Assembly: GCF_036321535.1 (NCBI RefSeq) | Contig: NC_087437.1 | Coordinates: 91,080,001 to 91,144,000, forward strand | Length of the DNA: 64,000 nt | Source of the DNA: Camelus dromedarius | Lineage: Eukaryota | Direction: 5' to 3' | Shown: one piece after another, positions 36,881-49,639 of the stretch | How positions within the stretch are numbered: position 1 is the first letter of the stretch | Layout of the letters: each line of letters starts with the position of its first letter | Notes under the pieces: generated by a model | The model's database searches: none | What the model saw: the letters and a program-made list of their open reading frames with translations, nothing else | Told to the model about the DNA's origin: nothing | Made by a program: the position numbers and the translations under genes

Positions 36881-39800
36881 TTTTTCCACTTTTTACTCAA
36901 TTACTAAATAACCTTCTATTTTTTATTTTAATTTTAATACCTGTCAGCTTCCAGGGTTGAAACACAGGTATGCCCTCCTTTATTTTCAGTAATATTTCTT
37001 CTTTTGGGGGAGGACAGGAAGTTCAGAAAAGCAAATTAGTTGTTCTCCCTTAAGCGTATGTTGGGCAAATTAGCTTTTTCACAGCAGAGGTCATGGTTGT
37101 TATAAAACACCTGTGAAAATACTAAACTGTATGTATTTTAGTAGAATAATGGTCTATACTCCAATTGAAATCAATAGCATACACTCTATCTAAAGCAGCA
37201 CTTTTTGCCAAATATGATTTTCATAGACACTGTAACTCCAATAAATGCCAAAGATTTTTCGTTCATTTATCAACATTTAGGAGCAGTTGCATGCAATCAC
37301 AGGCTTTTTCAAGGGTGTGGGTGAGAAGAGCACACTGTCAGCACTGATAAGTATTGTCCTTTTGAAAAGTGATATTTTTATATGACTGAACTCATCTATC
37401 ATCAACTTTATGGAAAAAAAATTTGCTTGTTATGTACTCCTCACGTATTTCCTTTATATCTTGTTTTCTAGGGTATGTTCATTTTACCTTATGACCTGTC
37501 ATTTTTGCAGTTACTGCTCCTGTTATTGTTACTGTTTTGTTGTTGTTATGTTTTGTTTTCTGTTTGCTTTTTAAGTCAGAAGTTCCTTAAGTACATAAGA
37601 TATGGAATTATAGAATGTCCTTTTCATTCAGGCTAAAATGGCCCATTTTAGGCATTGAGTTGGTGGTAATAACAGAAGTATTATTTCAATAAATAACAAT
37701 AGTAGCATTACGAACTTTTACAAAAATAATTTAAGTTTTCAGGCATATCTTTACTTATTTGCTATTTGACAAACATGATTGTCAGTTAGAATAGAGAATG
37801 TAATTATTTTCTAATTATAAAGATTTTAAATCTAAAGAAGCTTGAGGTTTCTTTGTGCCAGACATCAGTATAGTGAATAGTCTGAATTGTCAATTCATGT
37901 CGATTTCCAGTCCATGTTTCTTTCTAACAGTTTGAATAATTATGTTACTCATGGTTTATCTATTTCAACCAGTTGAATTAATAGCTTTATTTTAAAATTA
38001 TTGATTGCACATTATTAAATCAGTTTGATCTCTTCTTTATGAAATTATAAACCTTTTTATGTAAATTATAATTCAAACACTACAAAAAGATGTGCAACAC
38101 AAAGCAGTATCCCTTAACCTACCTACTCCAACTCCTGTCTCCGGAGGTTACCACAGTTAACAGTTTCCTATCAACATACATAAAAACATATATAGAAAGC
38201 TAGCTAGACAGATATGTGGATATGCAGATAGATGTTTTATATATTTAAGTGTATTTAGTTCTGCTTTAAGGATTGCATATAATTTCTAATTCTTCTGTTT
38301 TAAAATATTTCATATAATTCAATATTTTGAATAGTCCTCAGTCATAAAAAGTGGCTAAAGTTGTCAATTAGTCTTTTAAAAGGCTGGCTGTTAATAAATA
38401 ATTTAACAGACTATTTTAATCAGTGAATAATATTAATATAACTTTCCTTACTCAAAAAATACTTGTGTCTACTTCCAATTATTGGATTTCTTCCATCAGT
38501 AAAAATATTAGTTTGCTCAATAATGACATATTTCATAAATATTTCTGAAATCTGGAAATTATAAAATGAGTCATAATATTGCACACTTATACTAAGGAAA
38601 TTTTCTGTTAAAATAATGACCCCACTAATTTTAATTTTATTTTCAAATAAATTTGTCCTAATCATATGCAGAGATATTTATTTAAAACATACTTGTAAAT
38701 TTGGAAAATATATCAGTATCTAATATCACTTAGCAAAACCAAAACTACATTTGAAAAAATATATTTGAATTTGCTAAGTATAATAGATTTTCATGCTACA
38801 TTCCCATTGACCCTGCTGCAAAATACTTCAATAAGAATTAAAAAAAAAAAAAACAATTAATTTGCTTATATAAAAATCTTCACACTGTCTTCTTATAATA
38901 AATGGAAGTAATTCCTTAAGATACTGAGATCATACACTATTCTAGAAACAGAGTAATTCTACTAACATTTCTTTGTGGAATAACATTGTTCTGCAGCATG
39001 GAGTGTCTAGAATTTCTTTGGCTGTGCATGATGGAAAACTGTACTTGTTCATAAGTAATTTTCTACTTTTCTTGAAAAAATTGATTTCATTTGAGAAGGT
39101 AATTTCATTTTTGTGCCATTTAATAATTTTTCTGTTGTTATGCTATATTAGTCAGTTATTAAGCAGGAAGTAAAGAAAAAAATCTGTTTTCTACATATAT
39201 AATTTTTCAAGGAATTTTCATCAGAAAACATTATGAAAGAATAATTGAAACAGTTCCTCATGTTCTAATATGCTTGTACACACAGATGTCAACATGCTAT
39301 ATTTCTGAGATTTATTAGCATAACATTATACTTTAACATTAAAAAGATAGCCAAGGAAAAGTCTTTAGATAATCAGAAAATTCCTAACTAGGTTAAAAAA
39401 ATGGATGTATTCTAGTCTCCATCCTTTTAAACCTTTTTTATTAATGTCTTGATTGAACATTTGAATGGAATAGCTGCATTTACCTCCCTCTCTTGTCACA
39501 GAGAAAATAGCAATCTAAACATTTTCCTTTGTGCTGTTTCCAGAATTGTAAGTGGACTTTAATGATAATTTCTCAATTCCTTGATGACTGTTTAATCAAA
39601 AGACTTTACAATATCACAATAAAATGTCAATCTTTTTCCTTACCCAGGGGAAATTTCTTGAATGTATTATCTTAAACATTGAAAAATCAACTTTCTACAG
39701 ATAGTTTATAGAAATTTTTTAAGATATTGTAATATATATATTAAAATATTATAATAAGCCAAATGAATGTTTGGCCTGAAATAATTTTGTTCATCTTTCA

Positions 39801-40199
39801 CAGTTTTCAAATTTATTTTTGAGGAAACCCATGATACTATAAAGTATATAAGAAATAAGGTACTTTTTATCAGTGGTGTACACACATTAAGCTACACAAT
39901 CATTACAAGTGTGTTACTTTATTTCTTTAACTCATAACATCTATTCATCTTTCTAGATACACATATTAGAGGGTATATAATCAAAATCTTTACCTCCCCC
40001 TTTACATATATACAACGTCACTTTGGAGGATTAGTTGAAAAATAATGTCTTTCAAGTTCTCTGGGTCAAGATTTGTTAACTCAAATGCCTTCCTAAGCCA
40101 CACAGGGAATATAAATGGGTAAGTATAAATGGGTCCAGGATAATAAATGCAAATGAATCTCTTCCAAGTGGGAGAATAGATGCTCCAGTTAAATGGACT

Positions 40200-40760
40200 T
40201 ATTAAAATAGATGTTTTCCAATAGAAGTAATAACCTGACTCAACCTATGTAATGCAATTTGTTTCACATGACTGGAAGTCCACGTAGAGGGTCATCTGCA
40301 GTGCTTGTAGTGTTATCATTATAGTGTTATTAAGGTTCCGTTCAGTTCTTCCCAGTATCCTCCCCTCATCTCTGTGCTGACGTTGTGGCCTCCTTCATGA
40401 TAACACCTACCTCTCTTTCATATCCAGAAGAGAGAGAGACTTCCCAACAAGGCTTGGATAAAAATTCTTCCCTTCTCTGAATTGGTTCACTTTATGCCAC
40501 ATGGCCATATACTGGCTATGATTATTGCCAGAGGGAATATCATTTGTTGATATGTTTAAGCCTAGTTTTCTGAACCAATCATCTTCAAGAAAAGTCTGAT
40601 TATCATAACTGACCAAAGCTAATTAGGACTCACTTTTGGACCTGGATAGTTTCCCTTGAGTTCCATATATTGCATAAGCAAAGGTTGACTATCTAATTAA
40701 AAACAAAATTCAGCTGGAGAGAAACAAAGAAAAAAATAGATAAATGTTGGTTAGCAATAC
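40200..40760 (-). mobile_element. MLT1K/J-type LTR (decayed)
   Basis: tcacatgactggaagtcc...ctctgaattggttcact...cacatggccat...ccagagggaat...ttggttagcaataca. Confidence 0.5.
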
Positions 40761-40764
40761 AGAG

Positions 40765-41260
40765 TGCCTCCATACCTTATGACTCAGCAATGTTTCTCTA
40801 TACCCCAAAGAATTAAAAACCAGCACTCAAATAAGTATCATACAAAAATATTCATAGGTGTACTATGCACAGTGAAATATTATTCAGCCATCAAAAGAAT
40901 GGAGTATATACATGCCACCACATGGATAAACTGTGAAAACATTATGCCAAGTAAAAGAAATCAGACACTGAAAGTCACATTTTGTAAGCTTTGATTTATA
41001 TGAAATATCCAGAATAGAGAAATCCACAGAAACAGAAAGCAGATTGGTGGTTGCCACTTACTGGAGCAAGCTAGGAATGAGGGTAACTGCTTAATAAGGA
41101 CAGGATTTTGTTTTAAGGTGATGAACATGTTTTGAAACTTGATAGAGGTGATGGTTGCACAATATTGTGAGTGTACTAAACACCATTGAATTGTATGCTT
41201 TCCAATGGTTAATTTTAGGTTATGTGAATTTTGCCTCAATAAAAATAAATAAATAAAAAT
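40765..41260 (+). mobile_element. L1MB-type LINE-1 3' end
   Basis: aaatatccagaatagagaaatccacagaaacagaaagcagattggtggttgcc...gatagaggtgatggttgcacaatattgtgagtgtactaaac...tgtgaattttgcctcaataaaaataaa. Confidence 0.88.
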
Positions 41261-41337
41261 CTATAAAGGACATTTTAAAACTTGCCTATAATCAGCTGAT
41301 ACTTGATTTTTTTTTCATAATTTTCAGGACCACATAC

Positions 41338-41507
41338 TTAGTGTTGCCAAATCTTTTTTTTTTTTTAATTTATTTTGAGTAAAGTTGGAAATCTGTGTTA
41401 TTGTGGGAAATATTTCAATAGTGGAAATAAGTCAAATTTGAAGTACTGTGTATCACAAACAGTTTCAGGATAAACACAGTATGTGGAGCAGGTGGTTTGC
41501 AGCTCTG
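41338..41507 (+). mobile_element. MER102-like hAT fragment
   Basis: agtgttgccaaatctttt...ggaaatctg...gtcaaattt...actgtg...caaac...gtttgcagctctg resembles the MER102 3' half. Confidence 0.5.
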
Positions 41508-41879
41508 CTCTATCTATCACAAAAGTAATTTTGCATTAATTCAGGCTTTGTCATATTTATAGTACGTTGTTATGCCCATTTTAGAGCAGAGTAGTAGAAG
41601 ATAGATGTCATAATGTGAGATAGACAGTAGGTGGATAAACCTCACATAAAATTTTTCTGATGTGTGTAATGCTGTGGAGGAGGGTGTTTTGAAGGAATGG
41701 TGAGTAAGAGTAGAGTAAGGAATATAGTTTCATTATTTAAAGTCTTTTCCATATTACCAAGCAAATAAGTAAAAGGAAAGTGGGAAATAGAATTTTAGGA
41801 CAGAACAGATATCCCTTCAGGAATTAGAAATAATGCAGATAAAATACAAACAATGAAGATCATATGCAATAAAATATAT

Positions 41880-43370
41880 ATGAACATAAAGAAAATGTAT
41901 TTTTCAATTATTAAAATAATGCATATTTGTTATAAGAATTTTTAAAGAAGGAAAAAAACAGATTAGAATTAATAGCATCACATATTGCATAGTATTCAAG
42001 TATTTCTTCCAGGTATATATTTGTACATATTTTACATGTGTAATTACATATGAACATGAATAGAGATCAAATTATATGGATGTATTTAAGGTTAAACACG
42101 AGTGGCTTATTCATATTCTTCTAAAACATACTGTAATAACTATAAATTATTCAAGAATATTTTATGAGCTTTAATTTAACAATCTCCTGCTAGATTTCTT
42201 AAAATGTTTTAAGTATGTATATGTTATATACTTTTAAAACATCCTTGCTAAATCTTTAACTCCATCTCTATTCCTTACTTTCCTTATTATATATATGTAG
42301 AAGTTTAAATACTTGATAACAGATAAACATTTTAATAAATCTTTATAAATACTGCTAATTCTTCTCCAAGAAATGTATAAAAATCTGTATTCCAATCAAA
42401 AGAACATATAAATCCCCTTTGTACTCTAGCCGACCAGCATTTTCATTTTAAGTTTTAATGTCTAATTTGATATATTTTTAAGTGGGATCGTATTTTAATT
42501 AGCAACTGTTTGACATGTGATGTGTGAGGTTGGTTTTTTTCCATATGCTTACTGGATAATTATACTTTGTGTTATTTTTTCACTTTATGTCTTTTATCAA
42601 TTTTTCTAAGGAATAATTCATATTTTTAATTTAGCAACTTTTTTATAGTCCATATATCAACTTTTGTGTCAGTACGGAAAATATTTATTCAATGATTATA
42701 ATCAAAATGATTGTCAGCCCATAATATTGTTAAAGATGTGTCACAATGGCAATTCTCATATCTTGCTGATAGGAATGAAAAAATAAAACCCTAACTTTGG
42801 AAAACAGTTTGGCAATCCCTTCTAATGATAAACCTACCCTGTGACATAGCCATTCCACTCTTAGGCTCACTCAGGAGAAATGAAAATATGTATTCATAAA
42901 ATATCTTATGTAAAAATATTTTAGGTAGCATTATTCTTAAGAATCAGAAATAGAAACAATCCAAATATCCATCTACCTTAGAGTAGATATAGGAATTGTG
43001 ATATATCCATACAACAGAGTACCACTCAAAGAACAAGTCACTAATATAACAGAATGGATGAAATTTTCAAATGTTATTTTGAGTTTGATACAAAAGAGCA
43101 CATGTTATATAATTACTTTTTCATGGAGTTCATGCAAAACAAAACTAATGTATACTTTTCAAATCACAGCTGTGGATGCCTCTCATGTGTGGAACTTTCA
43201 AAAGAGATACAGGGAAATTTTCTCATGTGACTGAGATGTTCTAATCTTACCAGAATGGGCTATGTGGGTATATATATTGGTCAAAAGGCATCACAATGAA
43301 AGTTTAAGATCTATGTATTTCATTTAATTTAAATTATAAAAAGATAAATTAAATTCTAAAAAAAATAAAA
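41880..43370. mobile_element. L1ME fragments (minus ~41880-42700; plus ~42720-43370)
   Basis: Plus part: aactttggaaaacagtttggcaat...gacatagccattccactcttagg...ccaaatatccatc...agtttaagatctatgtatttc. Confidence 0.6.
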
Positions 43371-46300
43371 TAATGCCTGGAAACACCTGGAAAAATTGGG
43401 CAGGGGGCTTCTTTCTGATTCTTGCATTTAGAATATCGAATTCTGAAAGTTTCAAAGTTCCTCATATCTTTTATGTGTAATATGTCTTCTAAATAGCTCT
43501 TCTTGAAAGGGGTGCACTAAGAGAAACTTCTTTTAAGAGAAATATATAGATAAATGGATAGAAGGTATGCCTCAAATAGTTCCTATTATCTCTTTCTAGT
43601 TTCATTTGATAATTCGTAGTTAGCAAGGTACATCCTTGATAGTGTGAAGTATAATCAGGGAGTCATATCAATCATCTCAGTTTAGTTGGAAATAATGTTA
43701 CATTTCACAAACTACAATTATTTAAATTTTATTTTTAGATCAGTTTTACAATCATCTTTAACACTTTCATGATTAATCATAAAATTTCAATCTTATCTTA
43801 ACTCAATATATTATTAAAGCATAAAAATGTAAGAGTTACTTAATTTACTTTATGCTAAACAGGCCTATTTATTAAAAACACCTATTATGGTTGGATTTTT
43901 AATCTTAAAAATAAATTACTTTAGGAAGAAATGTGATGTGTCTTTATTTTATTGTTTGGGGCATCAAAATTTTAGTACTTATATCAAGTATTAATTCATA
44001 TGTTCTTTCACATTTTAGTTTTTTTCCAGTTTTAATATATATGTTCAAATAAGCTCAAATGTTTCCTGCAAACAGTTCTTGGGTTTGAATGTCAATATCT
44101 AGTAATCAAGAGTCTATTCTATTCAGACATCCACAGATTAATACATAAAAACTCACATGAATGCTGTTATTTGTTATTAATTTTGATGAAATATTTCATG
44201 ATGTTTCTGTTTGCAAGTAGATATAGTCACATTTTCAGTAAAGTATAACAGAAAAGGAAAAAATAGATAAACTTGAATAGTTGCACTATGTTTATCAGCT
44301 TTACAAAAGGAAGAACAGATACACTTAAACTGTTAACAATTTAATAAAGGGCTGTTTTACACTGTTTGGACAAAGTCTAGGGAAACCAGATGGGAGAGTG
44401 CAGTACAGTAGGAGCTAAGATGATTAGCCCAGTCTGAAAAGGGCAGAGAAAACATGACAGTATCAGAATTAGAGCGGGTACCTCGATAGAGAGTGCTGCT
44501 GACGAAATCGGTCTGTGATCAGCCTGGGGTAATGTGCTTGGTTGCAAGCTTTGAGAATAAAAACCCTCTTTTCCTTCTACTTCTGTGAAAGTAAATAGAA
44601 GAAACCATAGCTGAAAGCATATCACCACTGCAGTCATTTAAAAAGGGACATAAATTGCTATTAGCAATTTACCATGTTAGCAGGACATGTTTATAGGAGC
44701 TATGCTGGGATTTCAGCTGTAGCTGAATTTAATTAAAACTTATTTTAAGTACAGTGTCATGCTCACTTTACAGAGAGGGGGCTTTATTTCATAAAACAGA
44801 TAAATTCTATTGAAGGGAGAGAGCTATACTGAACAGAATTTATCACTCATCATCTTGAATGAAATACATGGAAATATTTTTCAGAATATGTTTAAGATAG
44901 CCTTTTATATTTTATACCCCACTGTTCTCTGTGGCAAATGACCCTTGTAATCATTACAAACTAAATGTTATCTTTTATATTAATATTTTTAACACTTTGT
45001 ACTTTTTAGTTACTGTCAATCTCTTCTTTTGACGGTCCTCTGCCCAATGGCAGTCTTTAGAAACACTATCTAAATTGGTAAGCCAAATAAAGCACACTTT
45101 CTTCCTGACATTTTCTTAAACTTTTTGAATTATTAGTTTAGATCATTAGTTACTTAAATTCAGAATATAAATATAGCCCACACTTTTGTAATAAAGCCAA
45201 AAAAGTTACTTATTATAATTTCTATTCTTATGTTCACATCTTCAAGTTCCTTTGACCATGTGTTGAAGAATATGTGTCTTACTGCTTATTGTCTAGTGAG
45301 TGCATAAGTATTTATTCAGCGATAATTTAAAGTGCCTTGGGTGGGCCTAATATAGTATTTGGAGTTGGAAATGATTGAGAGGATTTAAATACTGGCAAAA
45401 GAAAAAACTAAAAAGAATGGGAAATCGTTTTGTAAACAGAAAATAAAAGCTATCAGTAACTTTTTAATCTTCAAGTTCTAAAAGATTGTATTCCTTTAGT
45501 TCATCTTCATTGGAGAGGAAATTTGAAATTATATTAGTTGAAACTTAGAGGGAAAAAACTAATACAAATAAATTTCTCAGTACACAATAGCCTTTTGAAC
45601 TTGGCCTGAAAGAACAGTCTCTGGGAATTCAGTAAAATGTTAGAACAAGTAGCTCAAGTAGATGTGCCATCTGTCTTTCTGGCCAGTCCACATTTGATGG
45701 TCCTTGTGTCTAGTTGTTTTGTTTGTTTCATTGATTCTTTGGTCAGTAATTCATTTCATCTTCAGATACAGAATTCAGGAAGAGTTTTAAGAAATTCTTG
45801 CGCTTTTAGATCCTCTTGTTTATTCTTGCCAATTAATTAATTTTGTAACTCAGGAATTTTCCTCACTTCCACATTCTCAACCTATTTCTGAAAGAAAAGG
45901 GAGGGTGCTGTCAAAGATACCTGGTAAAAAAAACAAAAGCAAATAGGAAAGACACAAAACTTTATTACCCACATGTATTTCTTACATATAGCACTTAAAG
46001 CCAAAAAGAGATCATTCAGAAATAGGAAAGCAAGACTGACATAGTAAATACTGGATAAATATTCACGGATAGATCAGAGGGCAGATATATCTTGTTAATT
46101 TGAATGTAAAGTTGAATGAAATGTTAAAAACTATATAAAATATGATATAATAATAGTCTAATAAAATAACAGAATTAAGAGTGGTTGACTTTTCATGAGA
46201 AATGGTAAGCTGTATTCAAACACATGATTAATTTTAATATTTAGATTATTACAAACTAATTTTTTTCCATCATATTATCAAAGATAGTTAAAAGTAAAAG

Positions 46301-47376
46301 TTTCTCAGTGCTTGGAAGAATGGAATTTTCACATATTGTGTGGAAGTTTTAAATGTAAAATAGTATAGAAAAGGAGCTTTTAAATATATCTAGTTTTTCA
46401 CTTTTAAATTCTGCTTTATAGGATGCTCAGAAATGCATATAATATTTGTAAAGTGATGATGAACCAGTTATGATATTCATATGATAGAAGGATTTTTTAT
46501 CATTGAAATGATACTATAGATGATATACAAAATCAATTATATATAAAGATGAAACATCAAGACAAAGATATGTATAAAACATACATACATATTATTAGAA
46601 TCAAATGTGTTTAATACTTTTTAAGCTTTTTTCCAAAATGGTATATATTATTCTATAATTAGAAAATAAAAATCCCCAATTAAATGATAATCCAGTCCCT
46701 ATTTATATATAGACTCAAAAAATATTTGGAAGAAATTATATATTGTGCAATCATGTAGAATTATTTCATATTTCTTATTTGTATAAATGTTTAACCAAGA
46801 TAAATTTTTGCTTAAAATTTAAAGATATGATCTGCAGTCAAAAAATTTTGTAAGTGGTGTAATAGAGCATACTTTCTGTAATATTTATGTACCTTTCTTA
46901 AATATGCAATTTTTATATTTTTTATACAATATGAACTTTCAATCTCTTTATACAAAAGAGGACTCCAATATTCTGTGATTTCCTTTTTTCAGCTAGGAAG
47001 TTATATTTGACATTAAAATAAAAATTGGCATGTATATTTCTAACCCATTTCACTGTGGTTCATTTATAGATGCATCATACTGTACTAAATCAGTACCCTT
47101 TTGATGGAAATTCAGAGTGTTTATTACATATACATGCATGCAAAAGAAAACTCTGTAGAATAAATTACTAGAATCAGTAAGAAAGAGTAAAATAAGTAGA
47201 GTAAATAAAGTAAGAAAGAGGCTTGATTATCGAATAGATTAAACTTTAAGACCTGAATTTGAGAAACTTTGTATTTGAGGTAGCGATCATTATAACTAAG
47301 GTCACATTCAAGGGGCTTTTTTTTTTTTTTTTGCTCTGTACAAAATGGATTAAGAGATACAATATCAGATTTTCTT

Positions 47377-47492
47377 TCACTTTCTTCTTTCCTTCCTTCT
47401 TCTTTTCCTTCTTTTCTCCCTCCCTTTCTTCCTATGTCCCGCCCTACCTCCTTTCCTATCTCCCTTCTTCTTCTTGCTTTCTGTCTTCCTCT
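47377..47492. repeat. CT-rich low-complexity tract
   Basis: Directly visible ttcc/ttct-rich run. Confidence 0.85.
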
Positions 47493-49639
47493 GTGTATTA
47501 TTTTCTTTGATATAGAGCAGTTTCTTGTTTTGATTAAGACATATAATTTCAGGAAACTTTCATTTTATTACATTTGATATAGTAAATACAACTCATGTAA
47601 TAAATATTGTATATATTGTATATACAATAAATATGTAAAAGTATCTTTCCCATAACACAATGATAAATGGTAGGTCTTCCCTAAGGGACAGATGTTATTG
47701 CATCCAAATGTTGACAGAATTCAGTTGCAAATTGAAACACTGTCAAAATAAAGTTGTAAATCTATATTTATACAAATGATTTTGTGATTTTAAGATATTA
47801 TAAAAAGGAGCTAACTCATTCGTTTTTAAGTAACTACTTTAAAAGTACAATTGTTGTAAAGACCACTGGAATAATGTAGAGGGTTAACAATATGGAAGGA
47901 AGTTAAAATATAAAATTATGTATGAGGTAAATATTATAATAATTCTTATGCCTAATGATCACAAGTTATAAATACACAGCATTTTATTATTACTTTGATG
48001 TAGAAAACAATTAATTGACTTACTGGATTGAAACTTTCTACTTATGTCATTCAATACACTTCTTGTTATTTTTGCCCTATCTTCATTCCTAATGATAAAC
48101 AAAATCAGAGTATTCCCTGTTTGTAATCTTGCCTATGCCATGTGTACTTAAACTGCATATTCTTTAGATTTTCATTACATGAAGAAATTCATGGTAAATA
48201 ACATTTTCTAAGAATCATTATCCCAAAAGCAATGGAAAATTAGATCATGACCCCATATATTAGGATGGTAGTAGAGATAATTGCAGGGAAGAAAACACAA
48301 CTGCAAACACAATTACCCAAGAGAATTATATTTATTTTTTGCATGTCACACCATTTATTAAAAAATGTATAGATACAGCAATTACCACAAAGTGTTGTAA
48401 TGAGTTTATTTTATCCAAGAAAGGCAAAAAGTTGCTAGTTTTTATGCAAAAACATATTCCAGAAACATAGAGCCTACAAGCTTATAAAAATAAGCAAGAT
48501 TTTGTTTAATATTAGTTGTTTCATTTGTTGCTTTATATTGTTACTAAATATCTGTAGTACAGTTGCTGATTTATACTTGCGTTAGCTGACTCAACGATAG
48601 AAAAACGCCAGCAATAAATTATATAAGAGCTACTGCCCTGATAGTTAAACATATCCTTAAAATAACCTAGATTTGGAAGCAGTTATATCCAGTAGTAGTT
48701 GTACTTTCTATACTTTCTTCTGAATTTCTAAAATATCTCCATTAAAGCATAACTCATTTAAACACATCTTCCCATAAAAAGGAAAGTGAAACAGATATAG
48801 TTGCAGTGGAGAATGAACCAACCCAAACAATTTTCTGCAGAAATGTGTTTTGTGTTCAGTTTATTTCTTAACTTAACCTCTAGGGAATTGCTGTACAAAA
48901 GTTAACTCTGAAATTATTCTCTAAGGATAAATTTTCTTCTTGTCTTCTACTTGGACTGAAACCCTGTCAAGTAAAAGGCTACCTAACCTCACTGACCGCT
49001 CATAGGAATACCTTTAAATGGGATGCTCTTTGGGATAAGTACAGGAGAGAATTTCAGGAGCCAAACAATGATTTTTCTTTTTATTTCATTTTGTTTGGGA
49101 ATGTTGTAGTGATAGACTATTGAGAAGAAAAGTGGAAAATTTAACAACCAAGAAAACAGTCAAAATCGTAGCTATGTTTCTGGAAAACTTTTCAGTGATT
49201 CCTCATTAATCACAAGGTTTAAAATCTTTGTGTTTATCTAAAATTTAATAGGCTAAGAACTTTGATTTTTAGTGTTATAATTAGTAAGAGATTGCTTAAT
49301 CTCAGAGTCAATATGATTACTTATAAAGGAAAATCTCCCTTTCCAGTAGAAAAGACCACCCAGAACATTAAAATCATAAGGTCTAATTCTGATAGTCTTT
49401 ATTTATACTGAAAATTAAAATCAAGTAATCTATATTATAGTACGTTTCTTTCCTCTATCAGTTGGTGATGTGATCTTGAGTCATATTACAATACTTGCAA
49501 GTAGAACTAAAGATACTCTCTCTTACTCATGACAAATACAGTGTGTTTTTCTGGTTTCATCAACTCATGTCTAAATTCCCTTAATGTCTAAAAGAAGGCG
49601 CTGTTTCTCTAAAATTTGTTGTATTAAGTCTTATAAGAA

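Noticed and set aside
44420..44502. C/D box snoRNA (ATGATTA...CTGA...ATGAC...CTGA)
   Set aside because: The C box is imperfect, there is no terminal stem, and I recognise no rRNA/snRNA guide complementarity.
45010..45083. Plus-strand exon between tactttttAG and TTG|GTAAGC
   Set aside because: Stops in all three frames; at most a non-coding exon, with no supporting evidence.
47600..47632. 16-bp palindrome tattgtatatacaata
   Set aside because: Low-complexity AT-rich sequence, likely from slippage or local inversion; no functional evidence.
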